From assembly GCA_964016885.1 (NCBI GenBank), contig OZ024762.1, positions 7,812,001 through 7,876,000 on the forward strand: 64,000 nt of DNA, in the 5' to 3' direction. Positions within the stretch are counted from its first letter, which is position 1. Each line of letters opens with the position of its first letter. Made by a program: the position numbers and the translations under genes. Shown in pieces: positions 32,601 to 47,198 of this stretch. Source of the DNA: Eledone cirrhosa. Taxonomy: Eukaryota. The notes under the pieces were generated by a model that was not told the origin of the DNA, did not search any database, and worked only from the letters and a program-made list of their open reading frames with translations.

Positions 32601-35600
32601 GAACTACCATCTACCACCACAGATCAAACAACCACTGATTTACAATCTACTACCACTGAACTACCATCTACCACCACATATCAAACAACCACTGACTTAC
32701 AATCTACCACCACTGAACTACCATCTACCACCACAGATCAAACAACCACTGACTTACAATCTACCACCACTGACCTACTATCTACCACCACAGATCAAAC
32801 AACCACCGACTTACAATCTACCACCACTGACCTACCATCTACCACCACTGAACTACCATCTACCACCACAGATCAAACAACCACTGACTTACAATCTACC
32901 ACCACTGAACTACCATCTACCACCACAGATCAAACAACCACTGACTTACAATCTACCAGCACTGAACTACCATCTACCACCACAGATCAAACAACCACTG
33001 ACTTACAATCTACCACCACTGAACTACCATCTACCACCACTGAACTACCATCTACCACCACAGATCAAACAACCACTGACTTACAATCTACCACCACTGA
33101 ACTACCATCTACCACCACAGATCAAACAACCACTGACTTACAATCTACCAGCACTGAACTACCATCTACCACCACAGATCAAACAACCACTGACTTACAA
33201 TCTACCACCACTGAACTACCATCTACCACCACAGATCAAACAAACACTGACTTACAATCTACCACCACAGATCAAACAACCACTGACTTACAATCTACCA
33301 CCACTGAACTACCATCTACCACCACAGATCAAAGAACCACTGACTTACAATCAACCACCACTGAACTACCATCTACCACCACAGATCAAACAACCACTGA
33401 CTTACAATCTACCACCACTGAACTACCATCTACCACCACAGATCAAACAACCACTGACTTACAATCTACCACCACTGAACTACCATCTACCACCACAGAT
33501 CAAACAACCACTGACTTACAATCTACCACCACTGACCTACCATCTACCACCACAGATCAAACAACCACTGACTTACAATCTACCACCACTGAACTACCAT
33601 CTACCACCACAGATCAAACAACCACTGACTTACAATCTACCACCACTGAACTACCATCTACCACCACAGATCAAACAACCACTGACTTACAATCTACCAC
33701 CACTGAACTACCATCTACCACCACAGATCAAACAACCACTGACTTACAATCTACCACCACTGACCTACCATCTACCACCACAGATCAAACAACCACTGAC
33801 TTACAATCTACCACCACTGAACTACCATCTACCACCACAGATCAAACAACCACTGACTTACAATCTACCACCACTGAACTACCATCTACCACCACAGATC
33901 AAACAACCACTGACTTACAATCTACCACCACTGAACTACCATCTACCACCACAGATCAAACAACCACTGACTTACAATCTACCACCACTGAACTACCATC
34001 TACCACCACAGATCAAACAACCACTGACTTACAATCTACCACCACTGACCTACCATCTACCACCACAGATCAAACAACCACTGACTTACAATCTACCACC
34101 ACTGAACTACCATCTACCACCACAGATCAAACAACCACTGACTTACAATCTACCACCACTGAACTACCATCTACCACCACAGATCAAACAACCACTGACT
34201 TACAATCTACCGCCACTGACCTACCATCTACCACCACAGATCAAACAACCACTGACTTACAATCTACCACCACTGACCTACCATCTACCACCACAGATCA
34301 AACAACCACTGACTTACCATCTACCACCACTGAACTACCATCTACCACCACAGATCAAACAACCACTGACTTACAATCTACCACCACGGAACTACCATCT
34401 ACCACCACAGATAAAACAACCAATGACTTACAATCTACCACCACTGAACTACCATCTTCCACCACAGATCAAACAACCACTGACTTACAATCAACCACCA
34501 CTGAACTACCATCTACCACCACTGATCAAACAACCACTGACTTACAATCTACCACCACTGAACTACCATCTACCACCACAGATCAAACAACCACTGACTT
34601 ACAATCTACCCCCACTGACCTACCATCTACCACCACAGATCAAACAACCACTGACTTACAATCTACCACCACTGCACTACCATCTACCACCACAGATCAA
34701 TCAACCACTGACTTACAATCTACCACCACTGACCTACCATCTACCACCACAGATCAAACAACCACTGACTTACAATCTACCACCACTGCACTACCATCTA
34801 CCACCACTGATCAATCAACCACTGACTTACAATCTACCCCCACTGACCTACCATCTACCACCACAGATCAAACAACCACTGACTTACAATCTACCACCAC
34901 TGACCTACCATCTACCACCACAGATCAAACAACCACTGACTTACAATCTACCGCCACTGACCTACCATCTACCACCACAGATCAAACAACCACTGACTTA
35001 CAATCTACCGCCACTGACCTACCATCTACCACCACAGATCAAACAACCACTGACTTACAATCTACCACCACTGACCTACCATCTGCCACCACAGATCAAA
35101 CAACCACTGACTTACAATCTACCACCACTGACCTACCATCTACCACCACAGATCAAACAACCACTGACTTACAATCTACCACCACTGACCTACCATCTAC
35201 CACCACAGATCAAACAACCACTGACTTACAATCTACCACCACTGAACTACCATCTACCACCACAGATCAAACAACCACTGACTTACAATCTACCACCACT
35301 GAACTACCATCTACCACCACAGATAAAACAACCACTGACTTACAATCTACCACCACTGAACTACCATCTACCACCACAGATCAAACAACCACTGACTTAC
35401 AATCAACCACCACTGAACTCCCATCTACCACCACTGATCAAACAACCACTGACTTACAATCTACCACCACTTACCTACAATCTACCACCACAGATCAAAC
35501 AACCACTGACTTACAATCTACCACCACTGAACTACCATCTACCACCACAGATCAAACAACCACTGACTTACAATCAACCACCACTGAACTACCATCTACC

Positions 35601-38600
35601 ACCACAGATCAAACAACCACTGACTTACAATCTACCACCACTGAACTACCATCTACCACAACAGATCAAACAACCACTGAGCTACCATTTATTACCACTG
35701 ACATACTATCTACCACCACAGATCAAACAACCACTGACTTACAATCTACCACAACTGAACTACCATCTACCACCACAGATCAAACAACCACTGACTTACA
35801 ATCTACCACCACTGAACTACCATCTACCACCACAGATCAAACAACCACTGACTTACAATATACCACCACTGAACTACCATCTACCACCACAGATCAAACA
35901 ACCACTGATTTACAATCTACTACCACTGACCTACCATCTACCACCACAGATCAAACAACCACTGACTTACAATCTACCACCACTGAACTACCATCTACCA
36001 CCACAGATCAAACAACCACTGACTTACAATCTACCACCACTGAACTACCATCTACCACCACAGATCAAACAACCACTGACTTACAATCTACCACCACTGA
36101 ACTACCATCTACCACCACAGATCAAACAACCACTGACTTACAATCTACCACCACTGACCTACCATCTACCACCACAGATCAAACAACCACCGACTTACAA
36201 TCTACCACCACTGACCTACCATCTACCACCACAGATCAAACAACCACTGACTTACAATCTACCACCACTGAACTACCATCTACCACCACTGAACTACCAT
36301 CTACCACCACAGATCAAACAACCACTGACTTACAATCTACCACCACTGAACTACCATCTACCACCACAGATCAAACAACCACTGACTTACAATCTACCAG
36401 CACTGAACTACCATCTACCACCACAGATCAAACAACCACTGACTTACAATCTACCACCACTGAACTACCATCTACCACCACAGATCAAACAAACACTGAC
36501 TTACAATCTACCACCACAGATCAAACAACCACTGACTTACAATCTACCACCACCGAACTACCATCTACCACCACAGATCAATCAACCACTGACTTACAAT
36601 CTACCACCACTGAACTACCATCTACCACCACAGATCAAACAACCACTGACTTACCATCTACCACCACTGAACTACCATCTACCACCACAGATCAAACAAC
36701 CACTGACTTACAATCTACCACCACTGACCTACCATCTACCACCACAGATCAAACAACCACTGACTTACAATCTACCACCACTGAACTACCATCTACCACC
36801 ACCGATCAATCAACCACTGACTTACAATCTACCCCCACTGACCTACCATCTACCACCACAGATCAAACAACCACTGACTTACAATCTACCACCACTGAAC
36901 TACCATCTACCACCACAGATCAAACAACCACTGACTTACAATCAACCACCACTGAACTACCATCTACCACCACAGATCAAACAACCACTGACTTACAATC
37001 TACCACCACTGAACTACCATCTACCACAACAGATCAAACAACCACTGAGCTACCATTTATTACCACTGACATACAATCTACCACCACAGATCAAACAACC
37101 ACTGACTTACAATCTACCACAACTGAACTACCATCTACCACCACAGATCAAACAACCACTGACTTACAATCTACCACCACTGAACTACCATCTACCACCA
37201 CAGATCAAACAACCACTGACTTACAATCTACCACCACTGACCTACCATCTACCACCACAGATCAAACAACCACTGACTTACAATATACCACCACTGAACT
37301 AACATCTACCACCACAGATCAAACAACCACTGATTTACAATCTACTACCACTGAACTACCATCTACCACCACAGATCAAACAACCACTGACTTACAATCT
37401 ACCACCACTGAACTACCATCTACCACCACAGATCAAACAACCACTGACTTACAATCTACCACCACTGACCTACCATCTACCACCACAGATCAAACAACCA
37501 CTGACTTACAATCTACCACCACTGACCTACCATCTACCACCACAGATCAAACAACCACTGACTTACAATCTACCACCACTGAACTACCATCTACCACCAC
37601 TGAACTACCATCTACCACCACAGATCAAACAACCACTGACTTACAATCTACCACCACTGAACTACCATCTACCACCACAGATCAAACAACCACTGACTTA
37701 CAATCTACCAGCACTGAACTACCATCTACCACCACAGATCAAACAAACACTGACTTACAAACTACCACCACAGATCAAACAACCACTGACTTACAATCTA
37801 CCACCACCGAACTACCATCTACCACCACAGATCAAGCAACCACTGACTTACAATCTACTACCACTGACCTACCACCTACCACCACAGATCAAACAACCAC
37901 TGACTTACAATCTACCACCACTGAACTACCATCTACCACCACAGATCAAACAACCACTGACTTACAATCTACCACCACTGAACTACCATCTACCACCACA
38001 GATCAAACAACCACTGACTTACCATCTACCACCACTGAACTACCATCTACCACCACAGATCAAACAACAACTGACTTACAATCTACCACCACTGACCTAC
38101 CATCTACCACCACAGATCAAACAACCACTGACTTACAATCTACCACCACTGACCTACCATCTACCACCACAGATCAAACAACCACTGACTTACAATCTAC
38201 CACCACTGACCTACCATCTACCACCACAGATCAAACAACCACTGACTTACAATCTACCACCACTGACCTACCATCTACCACCACAGATCAAACAACCACT
38301 GACTTACAATCTACCACCACTGAACTACCATCTACCACCACAGATCAAACAACCACTGACTTACAATCTACCACCACTGACCTACCATCTACCACCACAG
38401 ATCAAACAACCACTGACTTACAATCTACCACCACTGAACTACCATCTACCACCACAGATCAAACAACCACTGACTTACAATCAACCACCACTGAACTCCC
38501 ATCTACCACCACTGATCAAACAACCACTGACCTACAATCTACCACCACTTACCTACCATCTACCACCACAGATCAAACAACCACTGACTTACAATCTACC

Positions 38601-41600
38601 ACCACTGAACTACCATCTACCACCACAGATCAAACAACCACTGACTTACAATCAACCACCACTGAACTACCATCTACCACCACAGATCAAACAACCACTG
38701 ACTTACAATCTACCACCACTGAACTACCATCTACCACAACAGATCAAACAACCACTGAGCTACCATTTATTACCACTGACATACAATCTACCACCACAGA
38801 TCAAACAACCACTGACTTACAATCTACCACAACTGAACTACCATCTACCACCACAGATCAAACAACCACTGACTTACAATCTACCACCACTAAACTACCA
38901 TCTACCACCACAGATCAAACAACCACTGACTTACAATCTACCACCACTGACCTACCATCTACCACCACAGATCAAACAACCACTGACTTACAATATACCA
39001 CCACTGAACTACCATCTACCACCACAGATCAAACAACCACTGATTTACAATCTACTACCACTGAACTACCATCTACCACCACATATCAAACAACCACTGA
39101 CTTACAATCTACCACCACTGAACTACCATCTACCACCACAGATCAAACAACCACTGACTTACAATCTACCACCACTGACCTACTATCTACCACCACAGAT
39201 CAAACAACCACCGACTTACAATCTACCACCACTGACCTACCATCTACCACCACTGAACTACCATCTACCACCACAGATCAAACAACCACTGACTTACAAT
39301 CTACCACCACTGAACTACCATCTACCACCACAGATCAAACAACCACTGACTTACAATCTACCAGCACTGAACTACCATCTACCACCACAGATCAAACAAC
39401 CACTGACTTACAATCTACCACCACTGAACTACCATCTACCACCACTGAACTACCATCTACCACCACAGATCAAACAACCACTGACTTACAATCTACCACC
39501 ACTGAACTACCATCTACCACCACAGATCAAACAACCACTGACTTACAATCTACCAGCACTGAACTACCATCTACCACCACAGATCAAACAACCACTGACT
39601 TACAATCTACCACCACTGAACTACCATCTACCACCACAGATCAAACAAACACTGACTTACAATCTACCACCACAGATCAAACAACCACTGACTTACAATC
39701 TACCACCACTGAACTACCATCTACCACCACAGATCAAAGAACCACTGACTTACAATCAACCACCACTGAACTACCATCTACCACCACAGATCAAACAACC
39801 ACTGACTTACAATCTACCACCACTGAACTACCATCTACCACCACAGATCAAACAACCACTGACTTACAATCTACCACCACTGAACTACCATCTACCACCA
39901 CAGATCAAACAACCACTGACTTACAATCTACCACCACTGACCTACCATCTACCACCACAGATCAAACAACCACTGACTTACAATCTACCACCACTGAACT
40001 ACCATCTACCACCACAGATCAAACAACCACTGACTTACAATCTACCACCACTGAACTACCATCTACCACCACAGATCAAACAACCACTGACTTACAATCT
40101 ACCACCACTGAACTACCATCTACCACCACAGATCAAACAACCACTGACTTACAATCTACCACCACTGACCTACCATCTACCACCACAGATCAAACAACCA
40201 CTGACTTACAATCTACCACCACTGAACTACCATCTACCACCACAGATCAAACAACCACTGACTTACAATCTACCACCACTGAACTACCATCTACCACCAC
40301 AGATCAAACAACCACTGACTTACAATCTACCACCACTGAACTACCATCTACCACCACAGATCAAACAACCACTGACTTACAATCTACCACCACTGAACTA
40401 CCATCTACCACCACAGATCAAACAACCACTGACTTACAATCTACCACCACTGACCTACCATCTACCACCACAGATCAAACAACCACTGACTTACAATCTA
40501 CCACCACTGAACTACCATCTACCACCACAGATCAAACAACCACTGACTTACAATCTACCACCACTGAACTACCATCTACCACCACAGATCAAACAACCAC
40601 TGACTTACAATCTACCGCCACTGACCTACCATCTACCACCACAGATCAAACAACCACTGACTTACAATCTACCACCACTGACCTACCATCTACCACCACA
40701 GATCAAACAACCACTGACTTACCATCTACCACCACTGAACTACCATCTACCACCACAGATCAAACAACCACTGACTTACAATCTACCACCACGGAACTAC
40801 CATCTACCACCACAGATAAAACAACCAATGACTTACAATCTACCACCACTGAACTACCATCTTCCACCACAGATCAAACAACCACTGACTTACAATCAAC
40901 CACCACTGAACTACCATCTACCACCACTGATCAAACAACCACTGACTTACAATCTACCACCACTGAACTACCATCTACCACCACAGATCAAACAACCACT
41001 GACTTACAATCTACCCCCACTGACCTACCATCTACCACCACAGATCAAACAACCACTGACTTACAATCTACCACCACTGCACTACCATCTACCACCACAG
41101 ATCAATCAACCACTGACTTACAATCTACCACCACTGACCTACCATCTACCACCACAGATCAAACAACCACTGACTTACAATCTACCACCACTGCACTACC
41201 ATCTACCACCACTGATCAATCAACCACTGACTTACAATCTACCCCCACTGACCTACCATCTACCACCACAGATCAAACAACCACTGACTTACAATCTACC
41301 ACCACTGACCTACCATCTACCACCACAGATCAAACAACCACTGACTTACAATCTACCGCCACTGACCTACCATCTACCACCACAGATCAAACAACCACTG
41401 ACTTACAATCTACCGCCACTGACCTACCATCTACCACCACAGATCAAACAACCACTGACTTACAATCTACCACCACTGACCTACCATCTGCCACCACAGA
41501 TCAAACAACCACTGACTTACAATCTACCACCACTGACCTACCATCTACCACCACAGATCAAACAACCACTGACTTACAATCTACCACCACTGACCTACCA

Positions 41601-44600
41601 TCTACCACCACAGATCAAACAACCACTGACTTACAATCTACCACCACTGAACTACCATCTACCACCACAGATCAAACAACCACTGACTTACAATCTACCA
41701 CCACTGAACTACCATCTACCACCACAGATAAAACAACCACTGACTTACAATCTACCACCACTGAACTACCATCTACCACCACAGATCAAACAACCACTGA
41801 CTTACAATCAACCACCACTGAACTCCCATCTACCACCACTGATCAAACAACCACTGACTTACAATCTACCACCACTTACCTACAATCTACCACCACAGAT
41901 CAAACAACCACTGACTTACAATCTACCACCACTGAACTACCATCTACCACCACAGATCAAACAACCACTGACTTACAATCAACCACCACTGAACTACCAT
42001 CTACCACCACAGATCAAACAACCACTGACTTACAATCTACCACCACTGAACTACCATCTACCACAACAGATCAAACAACCACTGAGCTACCATTTATTAC
42101 CACTGACATACTATCTACCACCACAGATCAAACAACCACTGACTTACAATCTACCACAACTGAACTACCATCTACCACCACAGATCAAACAACCACTGAC
42201 TTACAATCTACCACCACTGAACTACCATCTACCACCACAGATCAAACAACCACTGACTTACAATATACCACCACTGAACTACCATCTACCACCACAGATC
42301 AAACAACCACTGATTTACAATCTACTACCACTGACCTACCATCTACCACCACAGATCAAACAACCACTGACTTACAATCTACCACCACTGAACTACCATC
42401 TACCACCACAGATCAAACAACCACTGACTTACAATCTACCACCACTGAACTACCATCTACCACCACAGATCAAACAACCACTGACTTACAATCTACCACC
42501 ACTGAACTACCATCTACCACCACAGATCAAACAACCACTGACTTACAATCTACCACCACTGACCTACCATCTACCACCACAGATCAAACAACCACCGACT
42601 TACAATCTACCACCACTGACCTACCATCTACCACCACAGATCAAACAACCACTGACTTACAATCTACCACCACTGAACTACCATCTACCACCACTGAACT
42701 ACCATCTACCACCACAGATCAAACAACCACTGACTTACAATCTACCACCACTGAACTACCATCTACCACCACAGATCAAACAACCACTGACTTACAATCT
42801 ACCAGCACTGAACTACCATCTACCACCACAGATCAAACAACCACTGACTTACAATCTACCACCACTGAACTACCATCTACCACCACAGATCAAACAAACA
42901 CTGACTTACAATCTACCACCACAGATCAAACAACCACTGACTTACAATCTACCACCACCGAACTACCATCTACCACCACAGATCAATCAACCACTGACTT
43001 ACAATCTACCACCACTGAACTACCATCTACCACCACAGATCAAACAACCACTGACTTACCATCTACCACCACTGAACTACCATCTACCACCACAGATCAA
43101 ACAACCACTGACTTACAATCTACCACCACTGACCTACCATCTACCACCACAGATCAAACAACCACTGACTTACAATCTACCACCACTGAACTACCATCTA
43201 CCACCACCGATCAATCAACCACTGACTTACAATCTACCCCCACTGACCTACCATCTACCACCACAGATCAAACAACCACTGACTTACAATCTACCACCAC
43301 TGAACTACCATCTACCACCACAGATCAAACAACCACTGACTTACAATCAACCACCACTGAACTACCATCTACCACCACAGATCAAACAACCACTGACTTA
43401 CAATCTACCACCACTGAACTACCATCTACCACAACAGATCAAACAACCACTGAGCTACCATTTATTACCACTGACATACAATCTACCACCACAGATCAAA
43501 CAACCACTGACTTACAATCTACCACAACTGAACTACCATCTACCACCACAGATCAAACAACCACTGACTTACAATCTACCACCACTGAACTACCATCTAC
43601 CACCACAGATCAAACAACCACTGACTTACAATCTACCACCACTGACCTACCATCTACCACCACAGATCAAACAACCACTGACTTACAATATACCACCACT
43701 GAACTAACATCTACCACCACAGATCAAACAACCACTGATTTACAATCTACTACCACTGAACTACCATCTACCACCACAGATCAAACAACCACTGACTTAC
43801 AATCTACCACCACTGAACTACCATCTACCACCACAGATCAAACAACCACTGACTTACAATCTACCACCACTGACCTACCATCTACCACCACAGATCAAAC
43901 AACCACTGACTTACAATCTACCACCACTGACCTACCATCTACCACCACAGATCAAACAACCACTGACTTACAATCTACCACCACTGAACTACCATCTACC
44001 ACCACTGAACTACCATCTACCACCACAGATCAAACAACCACTGACTTACAATCTACCACCACTGAACTACCATCTACCACCACAGATCAAACAACCACTG
44101 ACTTACAATCTACCAGCACTGAACTACCATCTACCACCACAGATCAAACAAACACTGACTTACAAACTACCACCACAGATCAAACAACCACTGACTTACA
44201 ATCTACCACCACCGAACTACCATCTACCACCACAGATCAAGCAACCACTGACTTACAATCTACTACCACTGACCTACCACCTACCACCACAGATCAAACA
44301 ACCACTGACTTACAATCTACCACCACTGAACTACCATCTACCACCACAGATCAAACAACCACTGACTTACAATCTACCACCACCGAACTACCATCTACCA
44401 CCACAGATCAAGCAACCACTGACTTACAATCTACTACCACTGACCTACCACCTACCACCACAGATCAAACAACCACTGACTTACAATCTACCACCACTGA
44501 ACTACCATCTACCACCACAGATCAAACAACCACTGACTTACAATCTACCACCACTGAACTACCATCTACCACCACAGATCAAACAACCACTGACTTACCA

Positions 44601-46178
44601 TCTACCACCACTGAACTACCATCTACCACCACAGATCAAACAACCACTGACTTACAATCTACCACCACTGACCTACCATCTACCACCACAGATCAAACAA
44701 CCACTGACTTACAATCTACCACCACTGACCTACCATCTACCACCACAGATCAAACAACCACTGACTTACAACCTACCACAACTGAACTACCATCTACCAC
44801 CACAGATCAAACAACCACTGATTTACAATCTACCACCACTGACCTACCATCTACCACCACAGATCAAACAACCACTGACTTACAACCTACCACAACTGAA
44901 CTACCATCTACCACCACAGATCAAACAACCACTGACTTACCATCTACCACCACTTATCTACCATCTACCACCACAGATCAAACAACCACTGACTTACAAT
45001 CTACCACCACTGACCTACCATCTACCACCACAGATCAAACAACCACTGACTTACAATCTACCACCACTGAACTACCATCTACCACCACAGATCAAACAAC
45101 CACTCACTTACAATCTACCACCACTGAACTACCATCTACCACCACAGATCAAACAACCACTGACTTACAATCTACCCCCACTGACCTACCATCTACCACC
45201 ACAGATCAATCAACCACTGACTTACAATCTACCACCACTGAACTACCATCTACCACCACAGATCAATCAACCACTGACTTACAATCTACCCCCACTGACC
45301 TACCATTTACCACCACAGATCAAACAACCACTGACTTACAATCTACCACCACTGAACTACCATCTACCACCACAGATCAATCAACCACTGACTTACAATC
45401 TACCCCCACTGACCTACCATCTACCACCACAGATCAAACAACCACTGACTTACAATATACCACCACTGACCTACCATCTACCACCACAGATCAAACAACC
45501 ACTGACTTACAATCTACCACCACTGACGTACCATCTACCACCACAGATCAAACAACCACTGACTTACAATCTACCACCACTGACCTACCATCTACCACCA
45601 CAGATCAAACAACCACTGACTTACAATCTACCACCACTGACCTACCATCTACCACCACAGATCAAACAACCACTGACTTACAATCTACCACCACTGACGT
45701 ACCATCTACCACCACAGATCAAACAACCACTGACTTACAATCTACCACCACTGACCTACCATCTTCCACCACAGATCAAACAACCACTGACTTACAATCT
45801 ACCACCACTGACCTACCATCTACCACCACAGATCAAACAACCACTGACTTACAATCTACCAACACTGAACTACCATCTACCACCACAGATCAAACAACCA
45901 CTGACTTACAATCTACCACCACTGAACTACCATCTACCACCACAGATCAAACAACCACTTACTTACAATCTACCACCACTGAACTACCATCTACCACCAC
46001 AGATCAAACAACCACTGACTTACAATCTACCACCACTGACCTACCATCTACCACCACAGATCAAACAACCACTGACTTACAATCTACCACCACTGAACTA
46101 CCATCTACCACCACAGATCAAACAACCACTGACTTACAATCTACCCCCACTGACCTACCATCTACCACCACAGATTAA
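1..46178 (+). CDS. Giant multi-exon mucin with alternating PTS and SEA domains (5' end outside window); join(<1..2640,3276..3388,3898..3968,4330..4487,4917..14510,15182..15294,15804..15874,16236..16393,16823..23203,23869..23981,24491..24561,24923..25080,25510..46178)
   Basis: All 12 introns are GT..AG with matching phases (1,0,2,1 repeated three times). The spliced frame stays open for ~13,400 codons up to TAA at 46176-46178. Thr/Ser-rich repeats alternate with a SEA-like domain containing GSLVV. Confidence 0.88.
3178..3240 (+). mobile_element. 3' tail fragment of an octopod-type SINE in intron 1 (copies at ~15084 and ~23771)
   Basis: CAAGGGCGGTGCCCCAGCACGGCC...GGAACAGGTAAAAGAGTAAAG resembles an Octopus SINE 3' end recalled from memory; not searched. 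Confidence 0.55.
3276..3388 (+). CDS. SEA domain copy 1, exon a: (N)VTAIVSAVMHLNEEYKAVYENMEEDETKAKISEITSQ
   Basis: Acceptor ttcttttgtag|AT, donor CAG|gtaaag; 113 nt, phase 1 to 0; no stops. Confidence 0.88.
3418..3650 (-). mobile_element. 5'-truncated RTE-like LINE 3' end in intron 2 (copies at +11906 and +20593)
   Basis: Minus-strand translation FAGHCHR..LLLWNP..DVISRDTG..M then (frameshift in a G run) DREFW, followed by a (GAT)n tail; parallels the LINE C-terminus at 51791-52071. Confidence 0.7.
3898..3968 (+). CDS. SEA domain copy 1, exon b: VDASMKNNSKLQDTYVGSNVTAL(S)
   Basis: Acceptor ttgattttag|GTG, donor AAG|gtttgt; 71 nt, phase 0 to 2. Confidence 0.85.
4330..4487 (+). CDS. SEA domain copy 1, exon c: (S)NGSLVVFIDLIFVTLEKLTEADFKQSINLDSVRKSLETIINIIKEKLEIEGK(G); contains the G^S cleavage motif
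   Basis: Acceptor tttatttcag|C, donor AAG|gtaagt; 158 nt, phase 2 to 1; GSLVV matches the SEA G^S[VIL]VV motif. Confidence 0.88.
4598..4762. mobile_element. Tc1/mariner-pogo-type MITE in intron 4 (copies 16504..16668, 25191..25355)
   Basis: TA|CAGGTATAATTCCGTTATAATG ... TAATAACGGGATTTCACTG|TA: degenerate TIRs with a TA target duplication and internal TATAACG repeats. Confidence 0.6.
4917..14510 (+). CDS. PTS exon B, 9594 nt (3198 codons)
   Basis: Acceptor caacttcag|GT CAA ATA GCA; in frame with ORF 5315..14563; donor GCAA|GTAAGT; phase 1-1. Confidence 0.88.
6286..14100 (+). repeat. Coding minisatellite, 57-bp unit ACAGATCAAACAACCACTGACTTACAATCTACCACCACTGAACTACCATCTACCACC, with 21-bp and 36-bp sub-unit slippages
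   Basis: Read directly; boundaries approximate. The same array occupies ~1-2230, ~18192-22795 and ~26879-47198. Confidence 0.97.
15182..16393 (+). CDS. SEA domain copy 2 (exons 15182..15294, 15804..15874, 16236..16393)
   Basis: Copy 1 shifted by exactly 11906 nt with the same splice sites; private changes Ala>Asp (15191), Lys>Glu (16336) and one synonymous change. Confidence 0.88.
16823..23203 (+). CDS. PTS exon C, 6381 nt (2127 codons)
   Basis: Same acceptor and donor as exon B; in frame with ORF 17221..23256; phase 1-1. Confidence 0.88.
23869..25080 (+). CDS. SEA domain copy 3 (exons 23869..23981, 24491..24561, 24923..25080)
   Basis: Copy 1 shifted by exactly 20593 nt; protein appears identical to copy 1. 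Confidence 0.88.
25510..46178 (+). CDS. PTS exon D, 20669 nt to the first in-frame stop
   Basis: Same acceptor; in frame with ORF 25908..46178; ends at a CAA>TAA change inside a repeat unit. Confidence 0.8.
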
Positions 46179-47198
46179 ACAACCACTGACTTACAATCTA
46201 CCACCACTGACCTACCATCTACCACCACAGATCAAACAACCACTGACTTACAATCTACCACCACTGACCTACCATCTACCACCACAGATCAAACAACCAC
46301 TGACTTACAATCTACCACCACTGACCTACCATCTACCACCACAGATCAAACAACCACTGACTTTCAATCTACCACCACTGACTTTCAATCTACCACCACT
46401 GACCTACCATCTACCACCACAGATCAAACAACCACTGACTTATAATCTACCACCACTGACCTACCATCTACCACCACAGATCAAACAACCACTGACTTAC
46501 AATCTACCACCACTGACCTACCATCTACCACCACAGATCAAACAACCACTGACTTACAATCTACCACCACTGAACTACCATCTACCACCACAGATCAAAC
46601 AACCACTGACTTACAATCTACCACCACTGAACTACCATCTACCACCACAGATAAAACAACCACTGACTTACAATCTACCACCACTGAACTACCATCTACC
46701 ACCACGGATCAAACAACCACTGACTTACAATCAACCACCACTGAACTACCATCTACCACCACTGATCAAACAACCACTGACTTACAATCTACCACCACTT
46801 ACCTACCATCTACCACCACAGATCAAACAACCACTGACTTACAATCTACCACCACTGAACTACCATCTACCACAACAGATCAAACAACCACTGAGCTACC
46901 ATTTATTACCACTGACATACCATCTACCACCACAGATCAAACAACCACTGACTTACAATCTACCACCACCGAACTACCATCTACCACCACAGATCAAACA
47001 ACCACTCACTTACAATCTACTACCACTGAACTACCATCTATCACCACAGATCAAACAACCACTCACTTACAATCTACCACCACCGAACTACCATCTACCA
47101 CCACAGATCAAACAACCACTGACTTACAATCTACCACCACTGACCTACCATCTGCCACCACAGATCAAACAGCCACCGACTTACAATCTACCACCACT
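26879..47198 (+). repeat. Coding minisatellite (57-bp unit) with 3327-bp and 6405-bp higher-order repeats
   Basis: Rare variant CTCCC at 28764, 32091, 35418, 38496, 41823; variant AATGAC at 27826, 31096, 34423, 40828. Confidence 0.92.

Noticed and set aside
1-47198. CRISPR array or non-coding satellite
   Set aside because: No unique spacers; eukaryotic splice structure; strict frame conservation indicates coding repeats
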